DNA from: a virus
DNA length: 64,000 nucleotides
IMG/VR virus record: IMGVR_UViG_3300043567_001187
Span: 1-64,000 of that record
Direction: 5' to 3' (one strand)
Positions 41,674 to 51,926 of the stretch are shown here, in pieces. Positions within the stretch are counted from its first letter, which is position 1; every line of letters starts with the position of its first letter. The notes beneath the pieces were generated by a model, which saw only the letters and a list, made by a program, of their open reading frames with translations, was not told the origin of the DNA and did no database searches. The translations under genes were made by a program, and so were the position numbers.

Positions 41674-42683
41674 TTTATAATGCCCATCATGTCTTTAATA
41701 CTTACTACTAATTGTTCATATACTTCTGGATGTTCGACTAAATATTGTCTTACTTTTTCTGTACCTTGAAATTTTGGTTTATCATCAACACAGTTTAAAG
41801 TATACCAAGCACCTCCCTTATGAATCAAACCCATATCAGAACCTAAACTAATAGCTTCTGTATATTTATCAATTCCTTGTCCATATCTAATATAACTAGT
41901 AATATTACCTCCAGGTGGCCCCAGAGCAGAACAAATAACTTGCCATTCTATTTCTTGACCAATTTGAGTATTATCGGCACCTAAAGTCCATGGCTTAAAA
42001 GTTTTTGCTCTTAGTTTGATATCTGTTTGATAAGCTATAGCCTGACCACTCTTCTCTTTAAATTCTGCACCATATCCTGTTGGATTACCCATTAAGTGAG
42101 TAATACCAATAACTATATTTTTATTAACGGGAATAACGTTGGCTACCTTTCTACAAAATTTAGCTAATAGTTTTGCTCCGTCTGCTCTTTGCATCTTGTC
42201 CATTTCGCTTGTAATCTCTGCTTCTGTACATAGTGCAGAATATGAGTCGATAATCAATACAGAGCCTGGAACTTCATTAATAATTTTTTCAGCTATTTGT
42301 AAATATTCTTCGGCATGTAATATTTTACCCTGTTGACTTCCTATAACATGAAATCTATCCAATAATAATCCTGGTATACCTTCTAGATCTCGTTTTTTCA
42401 ATCTACCTTCGATATTTAGATAATACACTTCTCTTGGACTTTTCAGGTTGCCCTTATATTTTTCTTGTTGTGCAGTAGCGGCGAAATCTAGACTACTCGT
42501 AGTCTTGCCACATTTGGGTTGACCGGTCAACACAACAAAACTTCCTTCTGGTATTCCACCGTTTAAAAGAATATCTAATGATGGACTGACTGGTATAACG
42601 ACACTTTTTCTATCTATTATAGCGTTGCCGGTGACTATAATATCGTCCCCAAAGTTCTTAACTACATCTTCCTTTAAACTCAT
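41667..42683 (-). CDS. recA: RecA/UvsX-like recombinase
   Basis: SLDILLNGGIPEG, GQPKCGKTT, IIDSYSAL, KGGAWY. Confidence 0.92.
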   Translation of the reverse strand: MSLKEDVVKNFGDDIIVTGNAIIDRKSVVIPVSPSLDILLNGGIPEGSFVVLTGQPKCGKTTSSLDFAATAQQEKYKGNLKSPREVYYLNIEGRLKKRDLEGIPGLLLDRFHVIGSQQGKILHAEEYLQIAEKIINEVPGSVLIIDSYSALCTEAEITSEMDKMQRADGAKLLAKFCRKVANVIPVNKNIVIGITHLMGNPTGYGAEFKEKSGQAIAYQTDIKLRAKTFKPWTLGADNTQIGQEIEWQVICSALGPPGGNITSYIRYGQGIDKYTEAISLGSDMGLIHKGGAWYTLNCVDDKPKFQGTEKVRQYLVEHPEVYEQLVVSIKDMMGIIKC

Positions 42684-43093
42684 TCTAGGTCCTTTAATTT
42701 AGAAATAATACTTGTAGATTTTTTATTAGCTTCACCAAATACTATATTTTGTTTTCTATCTACTTTTAGAGATAGTGTTGTATTTTCTGATGCTAGCCTG
42801 TTTTGTTCTTCTTCTATGATAGATATAAGGTGTGGTGCTCGCAGAGAATATATTTTTGCTGATTTAGGATTAGACAATGCCCTAACAATAGCTTGGTCGC
42901 CATATTTTTTGAGCAGCTTATTGGCCGAACCTATTTGATTTCTATAGTATTTTTGCCACTGAGGACTTGACCAAAACTTATAGTGTAAGTCCTTATTTTC
43001 CTTTTTTGCCATTTTTTCACATATTAGTTCTGTGATATATTGAGCTGGCGAAACGCTCTTACCATTAGAATACTTCGATAAGTATTTTTGCAT
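42680..43093 (-). CDS. Hypothetical protein
   Basis: Coupled ORF. Confidence 0.55.
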   Translation of the reverse strand: MQKYLSKYSNGKSVSPAQYITELICEKMAKKENKDLHYKFWSSPQWQKYYRNQIGSANKLLKKYGDQAIVRALSNPKSAKIYSLRAPHLISIIEEEQNRLASENTTLSLKVDRKQNIVFGEANKKSTSIISKLKDLE

Positions 43094-43395
43094 TATTTGT
43101 TAGGTCGAAAAATATAAGTATTAGTATTTTTAGTTGAAGGTCCTATGTTTTTAATAAACTCATCACTAACTTGTGATGCTGCTTCTGTCATTATACTCAC
43201 ACTATTACTTTTCTTAGATGATGTTTGTCTGATCATCAACTCTTTAGTCTTATCAGTTTTTGCTGGTTTAGTTTTTTCTTCTGTCTGATATGACTTTACT
43301 ATTGAGATAGAGACTTTTAATTCTTTAGCTATTTCCTCTGGTGATTTCTTTTGAGACAATAAGTATTTGATAGCATATTCTTTAGTTTTATTCAT
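43093..43395 (-). CDS. Hypothetical protein with HTH-like N-terminus
   Basis: SPEEIAKELKVS; ATG 43395 overlaps upstream stop. Confidence 0.5.
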   Translation of the reverse strand: MNKTKEYAIKYLLSQKKSPEEIAKELKVSISIVKSYQTEEKTKPAKTDKTKELMIRQTSSKKSNSVSIMTEAASQVSDEFIKNIGPSTKNTNTYIFRPNK

Positions 43396-43775
43396 TAGGA
43401 CATCTCCCTTTCGGCATTGTTTAACCATGCTGTATTTTTAGTTGATAAAAAGTTTACATATAAATCAAAGATTTTTTGATTTACCTCTTTGAATTCAAAT
43501 TGTTTTCTGCCTATCTTAGCCAAAAACTTTTTGCTTTGGCCTTCGCTATATAGACCGATGGGATTATAAACCTTGCCATAAGTACCAACCTTAATATAAA
43601 ACCTGGTAGGTTTATTGTCTACACTAACAGCTTTTGCTAACGCGTCTTCTTCATTGTCTATTCTGGGTTTCTTCAGACTATCTAGGTAGTCTTGTTGACC
43701 TAAGATAGTATAGCATTCAACAACTCTTGGTGATTGTTTTGTGTGATTTTGTATAAAGTCATTTATGTCGGCCAT
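43395..43775 (-). CDS. Hypothetical protein
   Basis: Coupled ORF. Confidence 0.55.
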   Translation of the reverse strand: MADINDFIQNHTKQSPRVVECYTILGQQDYLDSLKKPRIDNEEDALAKAVSVDNKPTRFYIKVGTYGKVYNPIGLYSEGQSKKFLAKIGRKQFEFKEVNQKIFDLYVNFLSTKNTAWLNNAEREMS

Positions 43776-44113
43776 ACGGTTTTATTGCCTTTCTTTATTC
43801 TTGTCATGCCGCTTGGTAGAGGCTTATCTTCAATCTTATTTTCTTTATAATCGTTATGTTTTTTATATAGAGAATCTTTTTCATCTTGACTCATTCTGTC
43901 ACGGTTCCTATTTGCTAAATCCCCTATAGTTTTTAGTTCACTATCGGTTTTTTTCACAGAACAGTTTTGTGTTGATACATCCTTCATATAATTACGATGT
44001 GTTTTTTTGTTATTACAATGAACACACTGTGGAGATTCTATATAATTTCTAATAGAAAAGAATAACTCAAAATCTTGAGAACATTTACTACAAGTATAAG
44101 AATATGTAGGCAT
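43763..44113 (-). CDS. FmdB-type zinc-ribbon protein
   Basis: MPTYSYTCSKC...PQCVHC. Confidence 0.75.
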   Translation of the reverse strand: MPTYSYTCSKCSQDFELFFSIRNYIESPQCVHCNNKKTHRNYMKDVSTQNCSVKKTDSELKTIGDLANRNRDRMSQDEKDSLYKKHNDYKENKIEDKPLPSGMTRIKKGNKTVWPT

Positions 44114-44115
44114 AA

Positions 44116-44703
44116 CTAATTAAAATAAATATCTGATATGTATAATGACCACTCTGGTGGTATGTTCTCTTTTATCTTAGATAGGTGGTGGGCTATAGGC
44201 AAGTATTTGGTATTTTTCTGTGGCATTATAGGAATATTTTTGAGCGGCATATTAGCCTGTTTTGGAGTTCTATTTCCCTTTTTTCTATTGCAATCTATAC
44301 AAGCTGTTACTATATTGGTCCAACACGTTGGAGAACCCACAATACAAGACCAGGATGATTTTGGGATCACATGATCATATGTTAATTCGCTAAGGTTAGG
44401 ATTATTGCCACAATATTGACAAGTATATTCATCTCTAATATAAATATTCTTCCTAGAAAACTTAACATACTGAGTAGCAATTCTCAAATAATGATGAGTT
44501 TTTACTACCGCAGGGATGGGGTATTTTTTATAGTTAGCCCCCAAAATATAGTCATCTTTATAAAAGTCTATGATTTGTATACTAAGATTATGATTAGTCT
44601 CATATTTCATAGACCATACTAATGCTCTTTGCCAACTGATAATAGTCAGTGGAGAATAATCTGCATTAAGCACTAAGCATTTGCTATGTTGCTTTTGTTC
44701 CAT
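44116..44703 (-). CDS. HNH endonuclease
   Basis: LVLNADYSPL, RDEYTCQYCG, DHVIPKS, WTNIVTACIDCNRKKG. Confidence 0.9.
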   Translation of the reverse strand: MEQKQHSKCLVLNADYSPLTIISWQRALVWSMKYETNHNLSIQIIDFYKDDYILGANYKKYPIPAVVKTHHYLRIATQYVKFSRKNIYIRDEYTCQYCGNNPNLSELTYDHVIPKSSWSCIVGSPTCWTNIVTACIDCNRKKGNRTPKQANMPLKNIPIMPQKNTKYLPIAHHLSKIKENIPPEWSLYISDIYFN

Positions 44704-45427
44704 CGTTATTTTCGTATTTATCTATTTGTTTCAAAAGATCTGCTATAATAGGATTACGTAAAATATCAGATGAATTTAAATATGAAATACCAACACCAAC
44801 AATGTCGGTTAATATATTGATCATAGTGAAAAATCCACCCTGTAAATGTCTATTCAAATCTGATTGACTAACATCCCCAGTTAATACCATTTTACTTTTG
44901 AGACCTAATCTTGTCAATAACATCTTCAGTTGATCATATGAAGCATTTTGACACTCATCTGCTACAATAAAACTATCATGAAAATTACGACCTCTCATTA
45001 GTCCAAGAGGAACAATTTCTATTTTATTATTAGTCTTTAAGGAATTATATTGTGCTGGACTGATAAAATAATTGATTTCATCCAGTATAGGTAGAAGATA
45101 TGGGTGAAGTTTTTCTTCTGCGGTTCCTGGCAAATAACCTATCTTTTCACCACTTTCTACTACTGGTCTAGTTATGATAATTTTTTTTACTTTATTATCT
45201 AATAGATAAGATAAAGCCATACCTATAGCAATGTGCGTCTTCCCGGATCCTGCTACACCTTGGCAAAAAGTAATATGGTTTTCAGCTATGTTTCTAATAT
45301 AGTCGTGTTGATTGGGTGTTCTTGGTTTTAATTCATTTCTATAGGTTTTATCAGCACCATTAATATTAGCATCTTTTGTTAAGTCGATAGTTTTCTTATT
45401 TTTTGTGTTTTTAGTTTTTTTTCTCAA
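44684..45427 (-). CDS. phoH: PhoH-family ATPase
   Basis: GVAGSGKT, TRPVVE, GYLPG, MRGRNF, ADECQN, TGDVSQSD. Confidence 0.95.
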   Translation of the reverse strand: MRKKTKNTKNKKTIDLTKDANINGADKTYRNELKPRTPNQHDYIRNIAENHITFCQGVAGSGKTHIAIGMALSYLLDNKVKKIIITRPVVESGEKIGYLPGTAEEKLHPYLLPILDEINYFISPAQYNSLKTNNKIEIVPLGLMRGRNFHDSFIVADECQNASYDQLKMLLTRLGLKSKMVLTGDVSQSDLNRHLQGGFFTMINILTDIVGVGISYLNSSDILRNPIIADLLKQIDKYENNDGTKAT

Positions 45428-45451
45428 TTGTTGCCCTTTTATTATAGAGTG

Positions 45452-47644
45452 TTAAATTAGACATGCACCGCCAGCGCAACTAATTTCCTCTATACCGGTC
45501 GTATTATCCTCTGTCTCAGACAGTTGCGTATAATCAACCTTCTTAAAACTATTAAATAAATCACAATAGATTTTCCAATTATAAACATCTTTCATACAGT
45601 AAGTTAACCTCTTGATGTCTCCATCAAAGTATTTTCCTGCAAAGTTTTTCATTTTGGTGATAAATAATAATTTTTCTTTAGAGTCGCTTTCTTTGGCTTG
45701 ATTCATATTAACATAATCACAAGCTGACCATAAATTATTAGAAAAAGCATTAAGACCTAATTCTATTAAACCAGAGCACCATAAAGCAGCATCTCCATAT
45801 TCTTTAACAATTTCTCTGCTAGTATATACTGTGGTAAAGGGAGCTTGGGGATAGTCTTTATCTCCGCTTTGTGGAATAAGGCTAATACCAGCAAAATATT
45901 TTCTATGATTATAGATATATTTAGTAACATCATCCCATTCATCTGGTTTAACGGTAACTGTGTTGCTAACATTATGACTAAGATAATCCTGGGTACATAG
46001 TTTTTTGTTTTTACCAGAATAAACCCAATTTTTTTGTGTTTCTTTTACTATACTCAACATCTCTACTGCTGGTAATTGATTTTTTAATTTAGCTCCGTCT
46101 GGAACTTCAATTGGAAATTTAATAACTTCATCAGTATCATTGGCAGACCATGAAGATTTTTCACAGGCTTGTGGGTTATAGTTCTTAAAGTGCTGGAATG
46201 GTGCTTCTAAAACATTGGCCTGTACATGGCGTATATATCTTTTAGCGTGATGTGGATGGATACCAGACGAAGTTCCTAGCATAGAACTAGAAGTGCCTTC
46301 CGGTTTTAAGCAAGTGACTCTGGCTGCTTGGTTAATATCTAACAATTCTGCAATAGCTTTATTGGTATCTACCGCTATTTTAGCGCCATTCTTTAGTACC
46401 TTTTCTGTAAGCACAAGTTCATGCTTTTCCATAATACCAGTTAATGATACTCCTAATAAAGCTTCTCTTTTGAATATTCTGCAACTAATTTCTCCTAGAT
46501 AGTCCAGTTTTGTAAAGCCTGCTTGTAGAGTGCCAATAATTGCTGCTGCTTTGCATCGATCATAAAAATCATCTTCATCTTCTATGGATGAACAATTGAT
46601 TGTAGATAGATTACATCCTTGCCAGCCACTTTCATTTGTTTCGGCATCAACAGGCCACATACCTACTTCTACGCATGGATTAAAAGTCATCTCTGTAGAA
46701 TCACTCCAAATAAATCCTGGTTCACCAAACTCTTTAACGCTCTGCATTAATGTTTCAAATTCTTCTAATGTTGTAGATTCTTTGAGTAAAAGAGCAGAAT
46801 TATTGCTTCTTGCTCTTTGTGGATTATCAATAAACCAGTTACCAGTTTTTGCTTTAGCCATTTCTTCGTCGTCGTGACTAAAGAGTGCTAAACTAGCAGA
46901 GCGTCTGACCCCACCACTTAATACAGCATCACTACTGTGCATAATAATATCATAAGCATCAATAGGTCTTAGTTTCTTTTGTTCATTAGCTAAACATCTA
47001 TCTAACAAGGTGCGAATTTTTTCTAGACCATTAGCCAACGGTTCAAATCCTGGAGCTTTACCAACACCAGAACTTAATATAGAACCTTTTGGTCTAATAT
47101 TAGAGTAGTCAAATACAACATAAGTATTTTTATACATCTCAAATTCTGGAATAGGATCACTAAAGTAGCTGCTAAGTAGTACTCCTAAAGCATCAGCCCA
47201 TCCTTCTATACTATCTTCTATAGTATACTTAAGACCTTCACCTTCTGGTGGATTATGTTCTAGTTTTGGTAATTTAGCCACATGATGTTTTTGTACGCTA
47301 AATCCTGTACCGCTACCACATAATAGTAACCAAAAACACTCTTGAAAAAATCTTAATCTATCACAGTATGAGCTTGTGCAGTTATATATTTTAGCGTGAC
47401 GTTTTAGAATGGGTTCTCCCCCAAACTGAAGTGCTCTTTGACTACCAAGAACCTTTTTCTTATACATCATATCGTAAGCCCAATTAATCTGCTCACCAAT
47501 ATTTTTATCTGCATACATAGTATGCATCATGTTTTTTACTCTTTCTACAGCCTCTTTCCAAGTTTCTCTGCGATTCTTGTCTTCTAACCACCTAGCGTAC
47601 TTACTAACAAATGTATAATTTTGAAGTTCTTGAAGCGCAGACAT
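45452..47644 (-). CDS. nrdJ: Class II (adenosylcobalamin-dependent) ribonucleotide reductase
   Basis: YNC, GVRRSA, NPCVE, CNL, KPEGTSS, C-terminal CAGGAC; ATG 47644 with AGGAG RBS. Confidence 0.9.
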   Translation of the reverse strand: MSALQELQNYTFVSKYARWLEDKNRRETWKEAVERVKNMMHTMYADKNIGEQINWAYDMMYKKKVLGSQRALQFGGEPILKRHAKIYNCTSSYCDRLRFFQECFWLLLCGSGTGFSVQKHHVAKLPKLEHNPPEGEGLKYTIEDSIEGWADALGVLLSSYFSDPIPEFEMYKNTYVVFDYSNIRPKGSILSSGVGKAPGFEPLANGLEKIRTLLDRCLANEQKKLRPIDAYDIIMHSSDAVLSGGVRRSASLALFSHDDEEMAKAKTGNWFIDNPQRARSNNSALLLKESTTLEEFETLMQSVKEFGEPGFIWSDSTEMTFNPCVEVGMWPVDAETNESGWQGCNLSTINCSSIEDEDDFYDRCKAAAIIGTLQAGFTKLDYLGEISCRIFKREALLGVSLTGIMEKHELVLTEKVLKNGAKIAVDTNKAIAELLDINQAARVTCLKPEGTSSSMLGTSSGIHPHHAKRYIRHVQANVLEAPFQHFKNYNPQACEKSSWSANDTDEVIKFPIEVPDGAKLKNQLPAVEMLSIVKETQKNWVYSGKNKKLCTQDYLSHNVSNTVTVKPDEWDDVTKYIYNHRKYFAGISLIPQSGDKDYPQAPFTTVYTSREIVKEYGDAALWCSGLIELGLNAFSNNLWSACDYVNMNQAKESDSKEKLLFITKMKNFAGKYFDGDIKRLTYCMKDVYNWKIYCDLFNSFKKVDYTQLSETEDNTTGIEEISCAGGACLI

Positions 47645-47645
47645 A

Positions 47646-47795
47646 CTATCTCCTATCAGCAGTAATAAGTGTAAAAAATCCGAAAATAACAATAGATTGA
47701 AAAGATAATTCGATCATTTCAATATTATGTATTGCCTTATAGTAAACATAAGCATATATACTAAGATAAAATATTATATTATTAATTTTAGACAT
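47646..47795 (-). CDS. Small membrane protein (49 aa, not in ORF track)
   Basis: MSKINNIIFYLSIYAYVYYKAIHNIEMIELSFQSIVIFGFFTLITADRR fills the gap between neighbours. Confidence 0.55.
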   Translation of the reverse strand: MSKINNIIFYLSIYAYVYYKAIHNIEMIELSFQSIVIFGFFTLITADRR

Positions 47796-47798
47796 AAT

Positions 47799-48272
47799 CT
47801 ATAATACACCGCTTAAATGTTTCAGCCAAGAAAGATCTGGATCGATATTGATAATATTGATACCGCTCATTTGTACAAAAAGATCAAATCTTTTTTTAGC
47901 ATCGTCATCAAAAAGATGAGTTCCATGGCTTTTCATCATGATAACAGTAGAGACTCCTTCTTGCCACAGAGCCATTAAACAATCATTACAGCATTGACCC
48001 GTTACATATGCTGTGGCGTTATCTGGCCTTACTACACAATTAGATAAAGCGTTTCTTTCTGCATGAATCATCCAGTTATACTTTTCTGGTCTAGTATTAG
48101 GCAGAATAGAGTCATTTAGTCCGCGAGCAAATCCATTATATCCTACACCCAGAATACGATTATGGTTATCAGCAATAACACAACCGTGTTGAGTTTGAAT
48201 ATCGTGGCTGCGTTGAGAAACAACAACAGCAAGTCCTAAAAAATAATCTATCCAGTTTGGTCTATTGTTCAT
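47799..48272 (-). CDS. dCMP deaminase
   Basis: GYNG, HAERNA, CCNDC (CxxC) zinc motifs. Confidence 0.9.
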   Translation of the reverse strand: MNNRPNWIDYFLGLAVVVSQRSHDIQTQHGCVIADNHNRILGVGYNGFARGLNDSILPNTRPEKYNWMIHAERNALSNCVVRPDNATAYVTGQCCNDCLMALWQEGVSTVIMMKSHGTHLFDDDAKKRFDLFVQMSGINIINIDPDLSWLKHLSGVL

Positions 48273-48278
48273 AGAACT

Positions 48279-48306
48279 ATGATAGACTATGTTTTGTTGG
48301 TAGCAA
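48279..48306 (-). promoter_or_regulatory. Sigma70-like promoter, probably leaderless transcript
   Basis: TTGCTA-N16-TATCAT, 6 nt upstream of the dCMP deaminase ATG. Confidence 0.5.
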
Positions 48307-48311
48307 GGTAT

Positions 48312-48557
48312 TTATTTTGCAAGCTTATTGTATAGAACTAGTGCTAAAATAGCCCCTACTACGCCTACTACAACCCCTGCCGGTGATACTGCGCTATATT
48401 GACCGAGCATATACATAATTGCGCCGCCCATATATGAACCAGCAACACCTAGAGCCACAGTTTTAATGAAACCGAAGTTTTCTTCACCAGGAACAATAGT
48501 TTTAGCGATTGATCCAACAAATAGACCATAAACACACCACACTAAAATATTAAACAT
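48312..48557 (-). CDS. GlsB/YeaQ/YmgE (transglycosylase-associated) membrane protein
   Basis: GLFVGSIAK.IVPG, LGVAGSYMGG, VVGAIL. Confidence 0.8.
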   Translation of the reverse strand: MFNILVWCVYGLFVGSIAKTIVPGEENFGFIKTVALGVAGSYMGGAIMYMLGQYSAVSPAGVVVGVVGAILALVLYNKLAK

Positions 48558-48939
48558 GTGCTGCCTCCATTAAAATTAAAGTTTCTTCTGTAGAAAGGTT
48601 AGACCCACACTCTAAGATAGCATCCATTAGTGGAATACCATATTCTTTGTATTCTGCTGGTGTGAGTTCTTTTTTTAGTAGTTTTTTAATAGTACGTCTA
48701 GTAAACCAACTTCTTTGTAGACTAAATGTTTTTAATTCTGTCATCATAAAAGAACATTTTTCATCTTTACTGCGAAATAGTTTAAGTTTACTTTGACGAC
48801 ATTCTTGAACTACTCTTACTAGGGTTAGTATAATACTAATAATCATTAGAATAGCCATAACGCTACCAAAAGTTTCTGGTGGATTAGGTACCATAGACAA
48901 TATTTTTTGGGCTAAATTTTTTAATTTTTCGTTATTCAT
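48550..48939 (-). CDS. Hypothetical membrane protein
   Basis: One hydrophobic helix (VMAILMIISIILTLV). Confidence 0.55.
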   Translation of the reverse strand: MNNEKLKNLAQKILSMVPNPPETFGSVMAILMIISIILTLVRVVQECRQSKLKLFRSKDEKCSFMMTELKTFSLQRSWFTRRTIKKLLKKELTPAEYKEYGIPLMDAILECGSNLSTEETLILMEAAHV

Positions 48940-49199
48940 TGTTTTAGTATTATAGATGTTGCTGATTCAGGTTCACAATAGCCACAATCTACTTTCTTAA
49001 TACCATCACCGCTAATGTACCATCCTTTACCCTTGCATACTGGGCAGTTTTTTCGTGGATATTTTTTGTTTGTTTCTTGATGAGACACTTTAATAACAGA
49101 TCCAGCTAAGATTACTGGAGCTAAAGTGGATCCATTATAATCTTGAGCGGCAAAAAAGCCTACAGAACAAATTAGTGGTAAAACTAAAAACTTATTCAT
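48936..49199 (-). CDS. Small exported protein with CxxCxGxG zinc finger
   Basis: Signal-like N-terminus; CPVCKGKG...CGYC. Confidence 0.6.
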   Translation of the reverse strand: MNKFLVLPLICSVGFFAAQDYNGSTLAPVILAGSVIKVSHQETNKKYPRKNCPVCKGKGWYISGDGIKKVDCGYCEPESATSIILKQ

Positions 49200-49362
49200 C
49201 TTTTTTCTCTTTTCTCCATCGTGGTTTCCACTTTCGATCTGGTTTAATAATAGGGTCTACCGTGCCAGTTTTAGATGGTACAAATATTTTAATTAATGTT
49301 AGCACAAAAGACAAAACCATTGATAACGCTCTTTCAAGAGCTATTCTATCTAAGAGTTTCAT
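49192..49362 (-). CDS. Small membrane protein (56 aa, not in ORF track)
   Basis: MKLLDRIALERALSMVLSFVLTLIKIFVP...KWKPRWRKEKKDE; overlaps both neighbours. Confidence 0.6.
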   Translation of the reverse strand: MKLLDRIALERALSMVLSFVLTLIKIFVPSKTGTVDPIIKPDRKWKPRWRKEKKDE

Positions 49363-50285
49363 AAATAATCCTCAAAACCGTAGGAAGGAAGTTTTTGTAC
49401 AGGAAAACCGTCAAAATTGCTAAAAACATAAGCAGCATTGCCACTTAACATACCAGAGGCAACATCAGCAGTAATTAAAAATGATCCGTCTGGAATAGGA
49501 CCCCATTCTGGATGACCACCACTATTCCACTTGCCCCAACTATTTTGTACTAAAAATGCTGGTTCTTTACCTGTGTCGTCACAGGCTATCCATGCCATAG
49601 CATGAGCCCATTGTCCTTGTGGCTTTGCAAATCCCTTTTTATCTCGTGTGCTACTAAATCCATACATACTACAAACACTAATACCATAACCATTAGCAAG
49701 AGCATCTCTTGCTTCTTCTATTGTACGGACCAAACTTACTGTTTTAATTTGATGATCATTAGCTAAATCAATGACTTTATCTGGTAATCCTCGTCCGCCC
49801 CATCCTGCTCCTAGACTACCATTATATTTGGTTAAATCTACAACCCCTTTATATTCTTTTCTAACCAATACTCCACCGTGTTTACTTACAAATTCTGCCG
49901 CTCTGGCACAACTCATGCCTTCACCAGCATGACCTCTAGCTCCATAGACAGCTTCAGTAGCGCCTCGTGCTATCCAACTCTCTCTATCATTATGAACATC
50001 AATTTCTACTGCTCGTGTAACGTCTATAGCGTTTCTTGTAGAATGGCTTACGCAATCCCCGGTTGTTTGTCTCTCATTATATGGATTCTTATCAAACTTA
50101 TAAACGCTCTTATAAGGAGTACTTAGTTTGCCTTTACCGCTACCGGCTATTCTTCTGCCACCATCACTGAAGTAAGCATATTTAGATACTTCCATTAAAT
50201 GTTCAAAGATATGGGGTTCCCACAAACATCCACCAAAACCATTCTTATATAATTTTAATAAATCTTCTGGAGAATAACGTGGCAT
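49359..50285 (-). CDS. Papain-like (C1) cysteine peptidase
   Basis: QTTGDC, WAHAM, VQNSWG catalytic motifs. Confidence 0.85.
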   Translation of the reverse strand: MPRYSPEDLLKLYKNGFGGCLWEPHIFEHLMEVSKYAYFSDGGRRIAGSGKGKLSTPYKSVYKFDKNPYNERQTTGDCVSHSTRNAIDVTRAVEIDVHNDRESWIARGATEAVYGARGHAGEGMSCARAAEFVSKHGGVLVRKEYKGVVDLTKYNGSLGAGWGGRGLPDKVIDLANDHQIKTVSLVRTIEEARDALANGYGISVCSMYGFSSTRDKKGFAKPQGQWAHAMAWIACDDTGKEPAFLVQNSWGKWNSGGHPEWGPIPDGSFLITADVASGMLSGNAAYVFSNFDGFPVQKLPSYGFEDYL

Positions 50286-50780
50286 TTATTTACTTCCTTC
50301 ATTACAGGCCCAGGCTAATGCTTTAAAGCCATCAACAGCTTTAGTTCTTAACTCTGCTGATAATAAAACTTGATCATCTCCAATAGCAGATACCATAACG
50401 TCTTTAGCTTCTTTAGCTAGATTAGCATACTTGTCTTTAATATCTAATCTTAGCATCACACCAGCTAAACTATTAGCCTGACGAATTTCTTCAGTATTTT
50501 TTACTATCTGATTTTCACCATCTAATGAAACTAAGGTTGATAAATCTAGATAAAGATCCCGTAATCTAAGACTATCATCTTTTGCTGAAGATCCAAAAGA
50601 TTTTAATAAAGCTACTAATTCATCGGCTTGTGCTCTAATGTTAGAATCCATAGGAGCGTCTATCACCACACTATTTGTAGGATTATTATTAGATGGTATT
50701 AATTTAGATAAATCTGGTTTAATTAAACCAACTAGTACCAATAAGGCTCCACAAACTAATAAAATATATTTGAGTTTCAT
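50286..50780 (-). CDS. Membrane-anchored hypothetical protein
   Basis: N-terminal TM/signal, helical body. Confidence 0.6.
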   Translation of the reverse strand: MKLKYILLVCGALLVLVGLIKPDLSKLIPSNNNPTNSVVIDAPMDSNIRAQADELVALLKSFGSSAKDDSLRLRDLYLDLSTLVSLDGENQIVKNTEEIRQANSLAGVMLRLDIKDKYANLAKEAKDVMVSAIGDDQVLLSAELRTKAVDGFKALAWACNEGSK

Positions 50781-51169
50781 AGCTGTGTTTTTTCCTCACA
50801 AGAATTAGGACTTAAATAGGGGAACATCTGATCAGCAACCTTAACTGCTTCACTACAATTTAATTGAGACGCTAAATCTCGTGTTTGTTTCCAGCTCACT
50901 ATCAATTTAAAAAAGGTATCTTCTTTAGCAGACGCGGGGTGGTTGTTGGTAACCACTGGTAGTTTTACTTCTGGAACAACAGTTAAATTTGATTTGTTGC
51001 CTAAAAGGGTTTTGCTCTTATTCATTAGATCAGTAATTATTTTTTGCACTGGACTCATTTTGTCCTTAAATAAAACAAATAGTACCAAAGCAGCACCAGC
51101 GTATAGGGCTAAATCTGTTGGACCCAATCTGCTTGAAAAATCACTAAAACTTTCAGTAGCATAATTCAT
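50777..51169 (-). CDS. Membrane-anchored hypothetical protein
   Basis: LALYAGAALVLFVLF TM. Confidence 0.6.
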   Translation of the reverse strand: MNYATESFSDFSSRLGPTDLALYAGAALVLFVLFKDKMSPVQKIITDLMNKSKTLLGNKSNLTVVPEVKLPVVTNNHPASAKEDTFFKLIVSWKQTRDLASQLNCSEAVKVADQMFPYLSPNSCEEKTQL

Positions 51170-51552
51170 GATAGTTTAAATACTCCTGTATTTTTAAATA
51201 TGGTTACGGTAGCATCAATCGTAGAACTAACTAATAACATTAGTAAAGTCTTGATGTATCTACTTATAATAGGTTGTAAAAATGCTGGCACAAAGGGAAT
51301 ATTAACTATAACAAAAACCTTATCGTAAAACGATGATAACAATTCCATAGCTATAGTTTTTTTATCTTTACCAGCTAAATCTGGATAATTAATTTGAATA
51401 GTTTGAACAATTTCCGCTACTGCTAATTGTAGTATTTTCCAAGCTTGATCTAAAGCAACACCTTTAATATTATTTAGGTTTTCTTGGTTGTTTTTTACTA
51501 GTTCTTGTAGTTTTAGATTTAACTTTTCTAGGTTTATCATTAGTATCACCAT
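51166..51552 (-). CDS. Hypothetical protein
   Basis: GKDKK..A motif, hydrophobic C-terminus; start may be 51540. Confidence 0.55.
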   Translation of the reverse strand: MVILMINLEKLNLKLQELVKNNQENLNNIKGVALDQAWKILQLAVAEIVQTIQINYPDLAGKDKKTIAMELLSSFYDKVFVIVNIPFVPAFLQPIISRYIKTLLMLLVSSTIDATVTIFKNTGVFKLS

Positions 51553-51826
51553 TATTAATTACTGGTTTAGGAATATCTTTTTGCTCATCACCCATCATGC
51601 TCCACCAAGTTTGTTTAATCTCTTTTCTACTATTAATATATTTCCAAAGAATGATTAATTGACCGCCAATTAAAATAATACTTTCAACACCATGACTAAC
51701 ATCTCTTATAAGATCTTCTTTTTGACTATTGTCACCTATTAATCCAAGCAGATATAAGCCACTAAAAATAAAGCTTACAGCTGTGAACCAAAATTCTGAG
51801 CTTTTCCAGCCAGGTTTATACTTCAT
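51470..51826 (-). CDS. Holin-like two-TM protein
   Basis: GWKSSEFW, two TM segments, basic C-terminal tail; GGAG RBS. Confidence 0.5.
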   Translation of the reverse strand: MKYKPGWKSSEFWFTAVSFIFSGLYLLGLIGDNSQKEDLIRDVSHGVESIILIGGQLIILWKYINSRKEIKQTWWSMMGDEQKDIPKPVINNGDTNDKPRKVKSKTTRTSKKQPRKPK

Positions 51827-51926
51827 ATTTTATTCTCCATACTATTTTACACCAGAATGGAGTAAGATAAAAAGACATTATATTAATCCAAGAATACTTG
51901 ATTCATTAATGGTCTACTCTCTCAAG

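Noticed and set aside
47645-47692. N-terminal extension of the RNR from TTG 47692
   Set aside because: AGGAG RBS supports ATG 47644; the region belongs to a 49-aa ORF in another frame
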